From a bacterium (GTDB lineage Bacteria > Krumholzibacteriota > Krumholzibacteriia > LZORAL124-64-63), in NCBI GenBank assembly GCA_018814885.1, contig JAHIYU010000075.1, positions 8,852 through 72,851 of the forward strand: a DNA stretch of 64,000 nt, written 5' to 3'. The notes under the pieces are model-generated. The model searched no databases. It was not told the origin of the DNA and saw only the letters and a program-made list of their open reading frames with translations. Position numbers and translations under genes: made by a program. This document shows, one piece after another, positions 9,261-18,353 of this stretch. How positions within the stretch are numbered: the first letter of the stretch is position 1; each line of letters starts with the position of its first letter.

Positions 9261-10202
9261 TCAACCTCTGCGCGGGGGCAGGATGGGGGGCGCGTCGTCC
9301 CGATAAGAGCCATGGGCCAGGAGCGTCTCCACCTCCGTCGCGCAGGGCAATCCGGCCCTGCCGCCATACGCCCGGCATTGCAGGGCCGCGACCGCCGCCC
9401 CGCAGCGCAGGCTGGCCGCGAATCCACCGCCGGCGGCCAGGGACCACGCGTAGCCGGCGTGAAAGGCGTCGCCTGCACCGGTCGTATCCACCACCTGCGT
9501 CACGAAGGCCGGGACGTAGCGAAAACCATCGCCGTCCAGTCCCAGGACCCCGGCCCGCCCGAAGGTGGTGCCGACACGGAGGGGCCCCTGTCCGCGCAGA
9601 CGCCTCAAGGCCTCCCTCTGATCCGCGATCCCGTTCAGGGCACAGGCAAAACCCGTGGCGCCGATCACGTCGGTACAATGCGCCACGAGTTCGGGGACGC
9701 CGGCCTTCACGGACCCCGCATCCAGCACCACCGGCAGCCCTCGACGCCGAGCAGCGAAGGCGAGGACCGCGGCCGCCGGAGCTTCGTGCGAATCGCACAG
9801 CAGGAGATCCGCGCCGGCGAGCCAGGACGCGTCCACGCCGGCGGGGTCGTAGCGGGGCAGATCGCCCCGCTCCCAGTAGATCCGGCGTTCCCCGCTGCGC
9901 GGATCGACGCGGATGACCGCCAGGGGCGAGCGCGAATGTGCGGCCGTCCGGATCAGCGAGACGTCCACGCCGGCGGTTTCCAGCTCCGTCAGATGCGCTC
10001 GCCCGAACGCGTCATCCGACATTACCGACACCAACCGCACCCTGGCACCGAGCTTGCTGAGCGCGATCGCCGCGTTGGCCGCCGGACCGCCCCCGCAGGT
10101 CACCATGGGCGACACCTCGGTCTTCGAATCCGGCGGCGGGGTTTCCGCAAGCGGGAAGATCAGATCCCATGCGCTGTAGCCGACGACGATGACCGTCTTC
10201 AT
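9261..10202 (-). CDS. PfkB/ribokinase-family carbohydrate kinase
   Basis: GGGPAANAAIALSKLGA (motif 1) and VVDTTGAGDAFHAGYA (motif 2); start chosen at MKTVIVVG. Confidence 0.8.
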   Translation of the reverse strand: MKTVIVVGYSAWDLIFPLAETPPPDSKTEVSPMVTCGGGPAANAAIALSKLGARVRLVSVMSDDAFGRAHLTELETAGVDVSLIRTAAHSRSPLAVIRVDPRSGERRIYWERGDLPRYDPAGVDASWLAGADLLLCDSHEAPAAAVLAFAARRRGLPVVLDAGSVKAGVPELVAHCTDVIGATGFACALNGIADQREALRRLRGQGPLRVGTTFGRAGVLGLDGDGFRYVPAFVTQVVDTTGAGDAFHAGYAWSLAAGGGFAASLRCGAAVAALQCRAYGGRAGLPCATEVETLLAHGSYRDDAPPILPPRRG

Positions 10203-10296
10203 GGATACCGCCCGTTGCCGCACCGCGAGCGGCATGTTACCGTGGGAAAGGACTCATGCACGATTCCCACCCAAACCAGATGTCGCGAGGTCGCAC

Positions 10297-10641
10297 ATGT
10301 CAGAGTGTCTCTTCTGCAAGCTCGTCTCCGGCGCCATCCCCAGCGACAAGGTGTACGAAGACGGAGATTTCCTGGCTTTCCGGGACATCTCGCCCCAGGC
10401 GCCGACGCATGTCCTGTTGATTCCCAAGCGGCATATCCCGGCGCTGACGGAACTGCGTCGCGATGACGCCGATCTGGCCGGAGCGCTCATGCTCACGGCC
10501 GCCAAGCTATCCAGTCAGCTGGGTCTGGATTCCGGGGGTTACCGCTGGGTCGTCAACTGCGGCGAGAACGGCTGCCAGTCCGTCCCGCACGTGCATCTAC
10601 ACATCCTGGGAGGGCGTATGCTCGGATGGCCGCCAGGTTGA
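10297..10641 (+). CDS. HIT-family (histidine triad, Hint-like) protein
   Basis: MSECLFCKLVSGAIPS... followed by the HVHLHIL histidine triad. Confidence 0.85.
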   Translation: MSECLFCKLVSGAIPSDKVYEDGDFLAFRDISPQAPTHVLLIPKRHIPALTELRRDDADLAGALMLTAAKLSSQLGLDSGGYRWVVNCGENGCQSVPHVHLHILGGRMLGWPPG

Positions 10642-10663
10642 CCGGGGCATGAGGCCGGCCCCG

Positions 10664-10683
10664 GACGCCAGCCGCCTGGCGCC
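10664..10683. terminator. GC hairpin between convergent genes (CGCCAG-ccgc-CTGGCG)
   Basis: Inverted repeat seen in the sequence, followed by a weak T stretch (tcttt). Confidence 0.35.
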
Positions 10684-10700
10684 CGGTCTTTGGCCCCTCA

Positions 10701-11213
10701 TCAGCTCACGCCGTAGATGCCACGTCCCTTGCGCTTCAGAAGCTTGCTCGTCGAGAGCGTGCGCCGCAGCACATTGGCGAAGTTCTTGCTCTTGGTCTTC
10801 ACCAGCTTCTTCCGGTTGATCGTGGTCAGGATGTCCTGGAACTTCATGGGTTCGCCGCGTTTGCGGATCAGGTCGGCGACCACGGTCTCCACGGTCTGCC
10901 GGCCCGCGGCTTTCCGGCGCACCGGAGCCTTCTTGCGGGTAGCGGCCTTGCGGACGGTTTTCTTCGCGGCTGCGGGCTTAGCCCTTGTCGCCTTCTTGCG
11001 TGTCGCCTTCGTGCGCTTGACAGCCTTGGCGCCCCGGAGCGCCTTCTTGTCGCCCTTGACCAGCTTGGCTATCTGGATCTCTATCTTTGCCAGTTCCTTT
11101 TCCAGCTGCGACTTGCGTTTCTCCAGGGTAGACAGCTTCTCCTTGACGGACAGCAGGTGCCGCAGTTCGTCCAACGACAGGCCGGCCGCCAGGACCTTCA
11201 ATGAGCGGGACAT
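10701..11213 (-). CDS. lysine/alanine-rich histone H1-like nucleoid protein
   Basis: N-terminal coiled-coil, a KKAxRKKA repeat region, and a C-terminal basic domain. The true start is probably the second ATG, since the first codons, GTGGAGGTAGAA, themselves form the Shine-Dalgarno sequence. Confidence 0.7.
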   Translation of the reverse strand: MSRSLKVLAAGLSLDELRHLLSVKEKLSTLEKRKSQLEKELAKIEIQIAKLVKGDKKALRGAKAVKRTKATRKKATRAKPAAAKKTVRKAATRKKAPVRRKAAGRQTVETVVADLIRKRGEPMKFQDILTTINRKKLVKTKSKNFANVLRRTLSTSKLLKRKGRGIYGVS

Positions 11214-11255
11214 TTCTACCTCCACGCCTGAGTGGTTTGCGTTAATATTACACCG

Positions 11256-11284
11256 ACTCTAGCCGCCGACTATCTGCAAGTCAA
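11256..11284 (-). promoter_or_regulatory. sigma-70-like promoter: TTGACT-N17-TAGAGT
   Basis: The minus-strand sequence GTTGTTGACTTGCAGATAGTCGGCGGCTAGAGTCGG lies about 35 nt upstream of the GGAGGT Shine-Dalgarno sequence. Confidence 0.45.
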
Positions 11285-11292
11285 CAACTGTA

Positions 11293-12921
11293 TTATTCCG
11301 CGGCGGCGCTCGTGTACTTGCGGTCGGCAGGCGCGATCCACCATTCTGTAACATTTTGGTACGGGGACAGGACATGGGGACGGACATCTCGCAAACGACG
11401 CCCGTGGCCGATTATCGTCTCCGGATAATACAGGAAGCAGAGGGGCGAATCGAAGGCTATGTGACGCTGGAAGGCATCCCAGACGGCTTTCGCCTCGCCG
11501 CGATCGGTCAGGGAGAGTGCGGCGCCTAGCAGCGAATCAGCCTTCGCACTCGCATAATGACCGTAATTGAAGCGGTCGAATGCGTCGGAGGCGTACAGCG
11601 CCGACGGGTCGACCGCCAGCCGCGAGGAGAAGACGCCCAGATACGACTCGAAGTCTCCGTTGCGCACCTGCGCGATCAACGACGTGAACTCCATGACCCG
11701 CGTCACGACGTCGATGCCGACGCGGCGCAGGTTGTCGCGGATCACCTGCAGGCCGTTCTCGCGCACGGGATCGCCCTTGCGCGTGGACATGGTGAACCGG
11801 AAAGGCGACCCGTCGCGTTCGAGCAGTCCGTCTCCGTCCTCATCCCGCCAGCCGGCCTCGGCCAGCAGCCGGCGGGCGAGTTCGGGATCGTACGCGTCCG
11901 GCGACAGCGTGGCATCGTAGGCCCATACCGCCGGGGGCAGGGGACTGCCGGCGGGAGAGCCGAAACCGCCCAGCAGGCCGTCGCAGAAGATGGAGCGGTC
12001 TATGGCGTGCGACATGGCCTTGCGCACGCGCCGGTCCGCGAAAAGGGGGGATTCCAGGTTCCAGTAGATCTGGCCCACCAGGCGGCTTTCGACCCTCTGC
12101 AGGACGATCTCCCCGTCTTCCGCCAGACGCCTGGCGTGATGCACGGGAATGTTCTCCACGAAGTCCACGCCCCCGGTCTCCAACTCGACGATGCTCGCCG
12201 TCTTGTCGGGAATGATCCTGAAGATCAGACGATCCAGCCGGGACGGGTCACCCGGATAGACTTCGTTGCGCTCCAGCACCAGATCCTGGCCGTGCCGCCA
12301 ACCCGTCAAGACGTAGGGTCCCGTCGACAAGGGAGCCTCGTTGAGCGGCCACTCGCCCACACGCGACGGATCGAGGTCCGTCGTCCGATGCGCGGGGAAC
12401 AGGAAATGGCCGAGCGCCGGGACTTGATCAGCCCGTCGCTCGCGGAACTCGTAGACGACCGTAACGGAATCGATGGCCGTGACCCGCGCGATGTTGGCGA
12501 GGCGGCTGCCGCTGCGGGGACTTGCGACGCGGGGATCCATGTAGAGCGAGAACGACGTCGTCACGTCGTCCGCCGTGACCGGTGTGCCGTCGGACCAGCA
12601 CCATGGACGCAGGGTCACGGTGATGGCCAGGCTGTCCGGAGAGAACCGCCAGCCGCTCGCGATGTGGGGATGATAGGCGAAATCCTCCCCCATCTCGACC
12701 AGACCCTCGTGCAGCAGGACCAGGATCTGGCCGCTCGCCGCGCTCTGGTAGATCAGGGGATTCAGGACATCGGGATCCTCGGCAAAGGCTATCACCGCCG
12801 TGCCGCCGGCGACCGGACTCGTGGTGCTAGCCATGTCAGCGCCCCCGCCGCAACCCGCGAGCAGGCACGTCAAGAGCATCAACGGCACGGAAACGACGCA
12901 CTTCGTGGAGCGCATGAGCAC
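11293..12921 (-). CDS. ABC transporter substrate-binding protein, family 5 (peptide/nickel type), lipoprotein
   Basis: Lipobox LLAGCGG; the length (542 aa) and conserved SBP_bac_5 stretches (LVEMGEDFAYHPHIASGW, DKTASIVELETGGVDFV) support the call. Confidence 0.8.
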   Translation of the reverse strand: MLMRSTKCVVSVPLMLLTCLLAGCGGGADMASTTSPVAGGTAVIAFAEDPDVLNPLIYQSAASGQILVLLHEGLVEMGEDFAYHPHIASGWRFSPDSLAITVTLRPWCWSDGTPVTADDVTTSFSLYMDPRVASPRSGSRLANIARVTAIDSVTVVYEFRERRADQVPALGHFLFPAHRTTDLDPSRVGEWPLNEAPLSTGPYVLTGWRHGQDLVLERNEVYPGDPSRLDRLIFRIIPDKTASIVELETGGVDFVENIPVHHARRLAEDGEIVLQRVESRLVGQIYWNLESPLFADRRVRKAMSHAIDRSIFCDGLLGGFGSPAGSPLPPAVWAYDATLSPDAYDPELARRLLAEAGWRDEDGDGLLERDGSPFRFTMSTRKGDPVRENGLQVIRDNLRRVGIDVVTRVMEFTSLIAQVRNGDFESYLGVFSSRLAVDPSALYASDAFDRFNYGHYASAKADSLLGAALSLTDRGEAKAVWDAFQRHIAFDSPLCFLYYPETIIGHGRRLRDVRPHVLSPYQNVTEWWIAPADRKYTSAAAE

Positions 12922-13038
12922 CTCGTCGAGCTGGGCGGTCGTGAAATCGCGGCCCCGTCCGTCGACGGGGCCGCGCTGGCGGCTGCTTGAAAGTAGCGAC
13001 TCCCGACTGGGAGGTCAACCGGTCCTACTGCTCCGGTC

Positions 13039-13317
13039 CTATTTCACGAGCGACATCTTGACGGTCGCGTCGGCTCCTCCGGTGCGCGCCCTCAGGAAGT
13101 AGACTCCGCTGGCCTGAGGTTGCCCGCGGTCGTCGCGCCCCTCCCAGGTGACGGAGTGCCAGCCCGGCGAGACGGTGCCCTGGTGAAGGCTGCGTACGCG
13201 CCTGCCGGCCATGTCGTAGACGTCCACCCGCAGATCCACCTCGCCCGCGTCGCCCGGGATGTAGAGCTTGACCTCCGTGCTCGGGTTGAAGGGGTTGGGG
13301 TGATTCGGCTGCAAAGT
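13039..13317 (-). other. T9SS type-A C-terminal sorting domain (Por_Secre_tail-like) of the C25 protein
   Basis: TLQPNHPNPFNPSTEVKLYI...VYDMAGRRV...WEGRDDRGQPQASGVYFLRARTGGADATVKMSLVK. Confidence 0.7.
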
Positions 13318-16300
13318 CAACCGCGAGGGCTTCGGGATGTCCGGCACCTCGGTGGTGCTCAGGATCCTGAAGACGCCGTCGCGCAGGTTGTTGCCGCGGA
13401 AGGTCAGCCAGGGGGCCTCGGTGCCGTCGAAGGCATAGGGCATGTCCCATACGTGGATCAACAGATCCCAACCGCCGTAGACGATGTCTACGTCATGATC
13501 CCTGTCGAGATCGCAGATCACGGGTGTGGGATTGACCGGTCCGCCGAGCGAGAGCGGGAAGCCCTCCACGTCCGTACCGTCGTGCTTGAAGGCGTACAGG
13601 TTGTTGGGCGACTCTGTGTTGCCGCCGCCGATGCCGAACAGGATGTCCAGCATGCCGTCGCCGTTGATGTCGCCGACCACGGGGTTCGAATTCGAGTTGC
13701 CGGGCACCATGATCGGCCAGCCGGGCATGGTCTCGCCGCTCGTGCCGCCGACGTAGTCCGTGTCGATCAAGTGCACGTACGACTCGAGGCTGCCGAAGAC
13801 CTCGACCGCCACGATCTCGAGTTCGCCATCGTCGTCGAAATCGCCGACCGCCGGACTCGGGCAGGTGCGGTCGCCGTTGTCGCTCTGGGCCCGGAAGTAG
13901 ATCGGGAATCCGGTATAGTACGAGCCGTTCTCGTGCACGACGTGAAGCTGGTCGTCCTCCGAGACGAAGATGATCTCCCAGATTCCGTCCGCGTCCAGGT
14001 CGGCCACCGTGGGACTGACCATGATGCTGCCGCCGCCCCCGGTCTCGATGGGGAAGCCGGGCAACTGGGTACCGTCCCAGCGGTAGGCGCGCAGCGAGTT
14101 GGTGGTCTCCCATCCGTAGCGCGTGCCGAAGATGATGTCCTTGGCGCCGTCGTGGTCCAGGTCGAAGAGGGCGGGCCCGGAGCGGTTCCAGCCGGCCCAC
14201 GAGAGTTCGGCCGTACGATCGATGAGCGGCCCGTTGGTGGCGGGGTTGCTGTCGCCGTCGCGAACCTCGGTGCCGTCGGCGTGCCAGGCCAGTGTGACCC
14301 GATTCAGGTTGTTGCAGACGATCTCCGGCTCGCCGTCGCCGTCGATGTCGCCCACGGCTGCCGGCGCCCAGACCCAGCCCGCACCTGTCGACTGGGGCCA
14401 CCCCGGCAGCAGGGTGCCGTCGGACTTGAAGACGTAGATGAGCTTCAGGTCGCGGTCGGAGCAGATGATCTCCGCGCCGGGCTCGCCGTCCAGCTCGGCC
14501 AGGGTGACGGCCATCGCGGTCAACCGGCCCGTGAGGTTGGTGATGGGACCGCGCGTCTGGGCGTTGTCGTCGCCGTCGAACAGCTCGCCGCCGTCCTCGG
14601 TCCAGACGTACACCTCGTCGGCCGTGAGCACCACTTCCAGACGGCCGTCGCCCGTCACGTCGCCGACAGCGCAGTGGCTGTCGGTCTCGCGACCGAAGGG
14701 CAGGGGAAAATCGCCCGTCTCCGGGGGTGCCGTGCTCTTGGCGAACGGATCTGATTGGTCTCCCTCGATCAGCGAGGTATTCACGGCCGAGACGCGGTAG
14801 TAGTAGCGGGTCAGCAGATCGAGCCCGGAGTCGCGGAAGTAGGAGATCCCCTCCAGGAGATCGACGTTGGCCCGCGCGTAGGGGCCGCCTTCGGCATCAC
14901 TGCGATACACGTGATAGCCGCGTGCGTCGTCACCAGCCACCGGGTCCCAGACCAGCTCGATCACGTCGGCGCCCAGGGTCAGGCCGGAATCGATGCCCTG
15001 CGGCACGTCCGGATCGACGATCTGGAAGTCGTGGGTGAAGGTCCGCCCCATGTTGTCCACGAAATCGATCCGTGCGTCGTAGGCCTGGGACGTGTCGATG
15101 ACCGCCATCGAGAAGAGGGCGGCGCCGTTGGACGTGTCCATCAGGGCGAGTCCCGTATACGTCACCACGGTGTCGTGAAGCGTGACGTTGGGGCTGTTGG
15201 TCCGCAGGTATCCCGTGATCATGTCGGCGAAACCCGCACCGAAATTCTTGAGACGCAGAACGATGGAGATGCGCTCGTTGTCGTCCACGATGCCGTCGCT
15301 GTTGCCGTAGAAGGTGTCGAACCAGGTCAGGGCGATGGGCTCGACTTCCGGGGCCATCATGGTCGCCCCCCACTCGCTGAACCAGGACGAGCCGCCGTCG
15401 TCGACCTCGATCGTGAAGTCCAGGTTCATGCCGTCCCACATCAGCTGATGCGCCGCGACCAGGAACGGAGCGCTCGCGGCGACGGATCCACCGGAAGGCA
15501 CGTCGGGCACCGCGACCACGCCGACGTTGAGCACCAGACCGGGCGTGGTGGTGGTCAGGGTCGCGGTCAGGCCGGTGGCTCCGCCCGTGCCGGTATCCTC
15601 GAAGCGCGCGGCGAGGGCCACAGTCTCTCCCGCCTCGATGACCCCGTTGCCGTTGCCGCTCGAGCCGAGCGTGCCGTCATCGATGACGGTCATCGATTCC
15701 AGCGCGATATAGGCGCCGGGATTGGAGACCGTCACCGTCACCGATGTCTGCTCGATGTTGGTGCCGTTCACGGTCAAGGTGAGATCGCCGCCCTCGGTCA
15801 GGGTGACGGGCAAGGCGACCTGTCCGACGCCGTCGGTGACGTCGCGCACGTAGACGCCGCCGGTCCGGGCGAGGGTGACCCGCGCGCCGACGACGGGTGA
15901 GCCGCCGGATGTGACGGTCACGTTGACCGTCTGCTGGCCGGTCACGAGGCTGCCGGGCGCGGCGATGACGACCGCCGCCGGGTCCGCGGTCCACATTTTC
16001 TGGGCGGGGTCGCCCAGCAGGGTGTAGTTCATGTAGGTCCAGCGCGTGAAGCTGTTGGTGGAGGCGAAATCGAGCCAGGGCAGTCGGCTCAAGGTCATCA
16101 GGTCGCCGAGTCGCGGCTCTCCCTCACACATCAGCTGATTGAAGAACTCGACCTGGAAGTCGTTGGCCGTGGAGGGAAAGGCGGCGCGGCTGGCGCCGAT
16201 GGAGGCGAAGGAGCCGCCATTGGGGTTCTGCACGAAACGTTCCATGAGGCACGAGTAGTCGAAGGCGGCGGATGCGCAGTTCAACGCATACATGAGGAAC

Positions 16301-17910
16301 GTGTTCTCGTTTGTCAGGGCGTCGGCGTCGCCGCCGGTGATGTTCAGATCACCCACCGACATGTCGAAGAAGAAGCCGTGTCCGATCTGGTTGAAGATGC
16401 CGTAGCGGCCGGTGTCCAGGCTGTCGAGCACCGCCCGACGGGTCTCGTTGACCGATCCGGGATACAGGAGCTGATCGAACTCGTCCCTCTCGTCGTAGGA
16501 TTCGTAGAGCCGGATGTACTCCATGTCCGTGCACGGCTCGATCACCGAGTCGACCAGGCCTTCGGCATAGTTGGCGCCGTCGAGGGTGATGTCCCCATCC
16601 TGGTTGCGGAACAACACCTCGGCCGCGAACATGAAGCGGTTGCCAAAGCCGGAGCCGGTCTGGGCGGACTCCTGGGCGATGACCTTGTTCACGAAAACGG
16701 TTGCCGCGGCGGCATTGCTGACCGGCGCCCGGCCGAAGCCGATATCGCTCGACATGTCGCAATCATCGCCGGGGTTGAGCACGCTCTGGTTCGGTTCCCC
16801 GAAGATCATGTCGCCGTCGGCGTTCCAGTTCCCGTCCAGACAGGCGAAGTACAGGTCGGCGGGGATATCGGTGCTGCCGCCGGGCGGGTAGAAGTCGCTG
16901 GTGATGAAACGAGCCGGCACGATATCCGTATCGCCTCCCAGCAGGACATATTCCACTCCCCAGCGCTGATAGGCGTCGCGAATGAACATGCGGATGGTTT
17001 CCTGAATATCCACTCCGTGCCGGTAGTTGTCCTCGATCCAGCTGATGGTCTTGACGACGGCCGGCAACCCCTGTGCCGTGCGGGAGACCGCCAGGGGCTC
17101 GAACGCGCTCGCGAGCCCGTCGCTGGTGATGATCAAGTACGCTACGTCGCTTCCGCTCAGGCTGGGTGTCTTGCTGGGAGCGAAGCCCTTTGCGGGTCCG
17201 GCGACGGTGATGCCGTCCTCGCGCTGATAGCCGGATAACGTGCCGGGATTGTCCACGGTGGCGGCCAGGATCCGCTCCAGGCGGGCGCGCTCGCCGGGAA
17301 CCTTGCGTTGGCGGACTGCCACGCTCTCGAGTGCGACGGGCACTAGCGAAGGCCGCAAGCGCACTTCGAAGCGATCGAGGAATTCCAGCGAGCCCCAGTC
17401 GCCCGCGGCGGTTCGCGTGGCGCGCAGGGGATAGACGGTGACAGTCGCCATCTTGAAGCCACGGAAGATCTGCACTCCGCCGTAGCGCCCCCAGGCGGAG
17501 GGATAGACCGAGGACTCGGCATCACCGTGCAGGGACTGGCCGACGGCTATGCCTTCGCTGCTGATCGCCTTGCCGGCGACGCGTAGGGGCGCCGGCGCGG
17601 AGACGCCATGGGTAGCGAGGGGAACGACCTCGATGTCTCCGACCGCGATGTCCAGCGGGACCAGCAAGGTCAGGGAACGTCCCACCAGTTCGGGGATGTC
17701 CGTGTCCTCCAGGCTGCGGGTGCCCGCCAGGACCGGCACGACGGTGCCGTCGCCGGTGTCGGACCAGCTCAGGCCGCTTGCGGTGAAAGTGCCCTCGTAT
17801 ATGACCTCTCCCCCCGCATGCGCCGAGATCGTGAAGATCGGCAGCAACAGCGCCAGGGCGAACGGCAGGATGATCACTGTGCGGTTGTTCAAGATTTGAT
17901 GCCTGAGCAT
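13039..17910 (-). CDS. gingipain-like peptidase C25 megaprotein with FG-GAP/VCBS repeats and a T9SS C-terminal sorting domain
   Basis: Signal peptide MLRHQILNNRTVIILPFALALLLPIFTISAHA. C25 motifs include YLIITSDGL, LLGGDTDIVP, YFACLDGNW, the catalytic-His region NQIGHGFF and the Cys region YALNCASAAFD. Multiple GDxxGDGxxE FG-GAP repeats follow, and the C-terminus NHPNPFNPST...VYDMAGRRV...SGVYFLR is a Por-secretion-tail motif. Start at 17910 is preceded by GGGGG. Confidence 0.85.
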   Translation of the reverse strand: MLRHQILNNRTVIILPFALALLLPIFTISAHAGGEVIYEGTFTASGLSWSDTGDGTVVPVLAGTRSLEDTDIPELVGRSLTLLVPLDIAVGDIEVVPLATHGVSAPAPLRVAGKAISSEGIAVGQSLHGDAESSVYPSAWGRYGGVQIFRGFKMATVTVYPLRATRTAAGDWGSLEFLDRFEVRLRPSLVPVALESVAVRQRKVPGERARLERILAATVDNPGTLSGYQREDGITVAGPAKGFAPSKTPSLSGSDVAYLIITSDGLASAFEPLAVSRTAQGLPAVVKTISWIEDNYRHGVDIQETIRMFIRDAYQRWGVEYVLLGGDTDIVPARFITSDFYPPGGSTDIPADLYFACLDGNWNADGDMIFGEPNQSVLNPGDDCDMSSDIGFGRAPVSNAAAATVFVNKVIAQESAQTGSGFGNRFMFAAEVLFRNQDGDITLDGANYAEGLVDSVIEPCTDMEYIRLYESYDERDEFDQLLYPGSVNETRRAVLDSLDTGRYGIFNQIGHGFFFDMSVGDLNITGGDADALTNENTFLMYALNCASAAFDYSCLMERFVQNPNGGSFASIGASRAAFPSTANDFQVEFFNQLMCEGEPRLGDLMTLSRLPWLDFASTNSFTRWTYMNYTLLGDPAQKMWTADPAAVVIAAPGSLVTGQQTVNVTVTSGGSPVVGARVTLARTGGVYVRDVTDGVGQVALPVTLTEGGDLTLTVNGTNIEQTSVTVTVSNPGAYIALESMTVIDDGTLGSSGNGNGVIEAGETVALAARFEDTGTGGATGLTATLTTTTPGLVLNVGVVAVPDVPSGGSVAASAPFLVAAHQLMWDGMNLDFTIEVDDGGSSWFSEWGATMMAPEVEPIALTWFDTFYGNSDGIVDDNERISIVLRLKNFGAGFADMITGYLRTNSPNVTLHDTVVTYTGLALMDTSNGAALFSMAVIDTSQAYDARIDFVDNMGRTFTHDFQIVDPDVPQGIDSGLTLGADVIELVWDPVAGDDARGYHVYRSDAEGGPYARANVDLLEGISYFRDSGLDLLTRYYYRVSAVNTSLIEGDQSDPFAKSTAPPETGDFPLPFGRETDSHCAVGDVTGDGRLEVVLTADEVYVWTEDGGELFDGDDNAQTRGPITNLTGRLTAMAVTLAELDGEPGAEIICSDRDLKLIYVFKSDGTLLPGWPQSTGAGWVWAPAAVGDIDGDGEPEIVCNNLNRVTLAWHADGTEVRDGDSNPATNGPLIDRTAELSWAGWNRSGPALFDLDHDGAKDIIFGTRYGWETTNSLRAYRWDGTQLPGFPIETGGGGSIMVSPTVADLDADGIWEIIFVSEDDQLHVVHENGSYYTGFPIYFRAQSDNGDRTCPSPAVGDFDDDGELEIVAVEVFGSLESYVHLIDTDYVGGTSGETMPGWPIMVPGNSNSNPVVGDINGDGMLDILFGIGGGNTESPNNLYAFKHDGTDVEGFPLSLGGPVNPTPVICDLDRDHDVDIVYGGWDLLIHVWDMPYAFDGTEAPWLTFRGNNLRDGVFRILSTTEVPDIPKPSRLTLQPNHPNPFNPSTEVKLYIPGDAGEVDLRVDVYDMAGRRVRSLHQGTVSPGWHSVTWEGRDDRGQPQASGVYFLRARTGGADATVKMSLVK

Positions 17911-18353
17911 TCCATACCCCCGATGTATGGAGTCCCTGAGGACTCGCGAAAGTCTGTCTGTAGGTAATTGCTCTGCAGAGCACTCGCCGTCGTGAGAAAC
18001 ACCTGGTGCGCCAATTCGGTCGCGAGCCGCGACCGCCCCCGAACAGATAGCCTCGTCGCCCAGCATGCCTCCTGGCAAATGTCTTATGTGGCGGGCGCCG
18101 CGCGTCTTACACGGCACCCGAGAGTGTACTCCAATATGACGCTCGTGTCAACTTCGGCAGGGCGGGATCCACCCCGCGAGCGCCATCCGCCCGTCGCGCT
18201 GGCACCGGGGCCGGCGAGGCTGGAATGTCAGATACGACCGGGCCGGGGTCCACATGCAACACCCGAAGTTGTATCGTGTCCACGACACGTGCGCCGCAGG
18301 CCGGCGTACGGTTACGAGAGCATGTCGAATTATACCATGCGGGAGACTGTAAA

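Noticed and set aside
8746-9798. Full 350-aa ORF as a long Hsp20
   Set aside because: The N-terminal 198 aa is R/G-rich junk overlapping the 3' end of the PfkB kinase gene. The alpha-crystallin domain begins at the internal ATG at 9204, which has a strong Shine-Dalgarno sequence.
13120-14754. 544-aa plus-strand ORF (and other long plus ORFs 14755..15900, 16378..17238) inside the C25 gene
   Set aside because: These are antisense to a strongly supported 1623-aa gene; they are rich in V/A/G/D/R repeats with no recognisable motifs.
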